Below, in pieces: positions 62,224 through 64,000 of a stretch of 64,000 nt of DNA. Source of the DNA: Oopsacas minuta (lineage: Eukaryota; Animalia; Porifera); contig JAKMXF010000166.1 in the NCBI GenBank assembly GCA_024704765.1, positions 62,001 through 126,000 of the forward strand, read 5' to 3'. Within the stretch, counting starts at the first letter, position 1. Every line of letters starts with the position of its first letter. The translations under genes were made by a program, and so were the position numbers. Under the pieces are notes generated by a model. The model searched no databases. It worked only from the letters and a program-made list of their open reading frames with translations, and was not told the origin of the DNA.

Positions 62224-62916
62224 TTATTTATTTATTATAGGGAGTTGATTTCGAAGTTTTGTATCCTCAAAACTTGTTTTCTTTGAATTTAATGTTTTAT
62301 CATCCTTAGTGTTCGGGTTACGATTAGTCCTAGCGAGATAAGAGAATAAGTTGGGTAGCTTTTCCTGTCGAATCCCATTACCTCCTGCCTTGTTTAAGAT
62401 CCCCAATAGCATCGAATGTACTTTCTTATTTTGATTAGATATGTGTTCTAGATTGGCGATTTTCGGTGTCACAACTATTTCAGATTCTTTAGCTTTATCA
62501 GAAGGTTGAGTTACAGTTTCCACAGGTTTAAACTTAGATTTCCATTCATATGTGACCGGGATAATTCCAACAGCTGGTTCACTCTTGGAAAAATTAGCTG
62601 AGTATCGTGTGCTAATGACAGGAATTAATTTACAGGTTAGATCTCTGTTTGATAGAGGTGACATAGTACGAGGTGGAATAGCTTGTTCGTGTACCGCACA
62701 TACCGTACTCCCACTCACTCCGTATACCGGTTTCACATGAAGACTATGAGGTCGGTGTCGTAGCTGGCTTCGATCAGGTCTAAGAGGGGGACAGGGTCTG
62801 TCCGATTTGAGAGGCGAGTATTCTCTGGAGAAAGAGAAGTGCTCGTGTGTGGCAGAACGGGGCAACTGATATTTTCGGGGTGTCATCTCCTCTGTTAGAG
62901 GATCACGATTGTACAT
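62224..62916 (-). CDS. Uncharacterised 230-aa P/S/R/K-rich ORF, possibly the terminal exon of a larger gene
   Basis: 693-nt open frame in locally higher-GC sequence, preceded by an acceptor-like TTCAAATAG|G. No recognisable domain. Confidence 0.55.
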   Translation of the reverse strand: MYNRDPLTEEMTPRKYQLPRSATHEHFSFSREYSPLKSDRPCPPLRPDRSQLRHRPHSLHVKPVYGVSGSTVCAVHEQAIPPRTMSPLSNRDLTCKLIPVISTRYSANFSKSEPAVGIIPVTYEWKSKFKPVETVTQPSDKAKESEIVVTPKIANLEHISNQNKKVHSMLLGILNKAGGNGIRQEKLPNLFSYLARTNRNPNTKDDKTLNSKKTSFEDTKLRNQLPIINK

Positions 62917-62956
62917 CCTATTTGAATATCTAGTTGTAAATTATGAAAAAGCATCT

Positions 62957-63430
62957 AGTCACCTCCCGTTATATCGAACACAGAAATATCGAAAAACCCA
63001 CTTATGTATACAAATTGGATAAATAAAGTCCAAGTAACCTAAATTTCATCGGTTAGGCTGATCTTAGTTGGAATTGGAAACATTTTCAGCTCCACCCCCA
63101 TTCTGATTTGGCCATTTTCTCAAAGTATCTCAGGTACAGGATGAATAAACTAGCAAATAGTACAAATGTAAAATAGATCCTTTCTTCGTTTTGCACATTC
63201 TAATATCATATTTGACTTTAGTAATTTTCATGTTTGTTTATAAATGAATCAAATTTCCTGCTGATACGTCACAAAATAATGAAATAATGATAAGGAACTG
63301 CTCGCATGCATGCATGCTCAGGTGGATCTCATGTGGAGCCGAAACAAGTTTCACTTAACAGTGCCTTATATCAAATCCGCTTGCCTCGGAGGAATTATCG
63401 CGGTTCCTTGAGCTTCGATATAACTGTATT
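62957..63430. mobile_element. Degenerate pogo-like MITE
   Basis: AGTCACCTCCCGTTATATCGAACACAG at the left and GCTTCGATATAACTGTA at the right; same family as 59854-60071. Confidence 0.55.
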
Positions 63431-63800
63431 TCTAATAAAATAAATAATCTGGATTATATAAATGTTTGTATGATTAGTTGATTCGTAATCCAATAAAACT
63501 CATTATTGTTAAAGTTTTACAAATAATCTTAAGTTAACCACAGTAATACTGGTATATGTAATTTCGTAGTTTGTACATACGTAAGCAATAATTAACGTAT
63601 TATATTATATTACAAAATATCGTCGCCTCTCTTCAGATGGCCCAGTTATGTCACCTGCCAAATAGAGAATTTGGGATAATTTATACATACGTATGAACGT
63701 GTCCAGTACAGGTGCTTAATGTATTATGATATGAATTTATATGACTTGTAATTATGTGCTCCTTGAGTGTGTTTCTAAAATATTTTGTGTTTGTTATATT

Positions 63801-63988
63801 TAGTCAATGCCGGTTATAAGAACATCGTCGGGAACTGAACATAATGTTCTTATAATCGGCATAAAATATACAGGAATATATGAGAACCGTTTTCTGAAGA
63901 TGGTTCTTATATCCGGTAAAAATTCAATGGAGTAAGATACAAAAGATTCGGTAAATCGAGTTATGGTCCTTACAACCGGCATGTTCTG
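63801..63988. mobile_element. pogo-like MITE related to 61644-61802
   Basis: Shared core GGCATAAAATATACAGGAATAT..GAGAACC..ATGG.TCTTATATCCGGTA and inverted CCGGTTATAAG ends. Confidence 0.7.
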
Positions 63989-64000
63989 TATCTATTATAT

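Noticed and set aside
1-64000. rRNA, tRNA or prokaryotic operon/defence system
   Set aside because: No such motifs were seen. Spliceosomal introns and eukaryotic transposon superfamilies indicate a nuclear animal genome.

Overview
AT-rich eukaryotic (animal) genomic DNA made mostly of nested DNA transposons, with a small gene island near the 3' end. The transposase repertoire and short introns are reminiscent of sponge genomes such as the glass sponge Oopsacas, but that is an unverified inference. Host genes: a complete 5-exon ACADSB (416 aa, minus strand, intron 3 probably GC-AG); an intronless two-RRM hnRNP/DAZAP1-like gene 209 bp downstream of it; a PEX5-like exon (23269-24127) whose remaining TPR exons were not found; and an orphan 230-aa ORF. 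Elements with both ends and matching target-site duplications (TSDs): a BED-finger hAT (1914-4947, intron-containing, one frameshift from intact); a hATm-like element with 370-bp TIRs (18276-21484); two DD37E Tc1-like elements (24875-26215 and 27812-29116); a DD37D maT element (48465-49781); a 5.7-kb NOF/Rehavkus-like Mutator element with 443-bp TIRs, a 9-bp TSD and a C-terminal OTU deubiquitinase-like domain (33544-39272); a 1.1-kb CATAG-ended foldback (40854-41949); and many MITEs. Also present are decayed ZMYM/TTF-type hATs, a MULE remnant, a Ty3/Gypsy gag-protease remnant and non-autonomous Helitron-like repeats. No rRNA, tRNA or CRISPR array was seen. The best candidate for something new is the OTU-carrying Mutator element, which also has an unassigned ~300-codon region inside its transposase gene. 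All protein-family assignments are by motif recognition, not database search.
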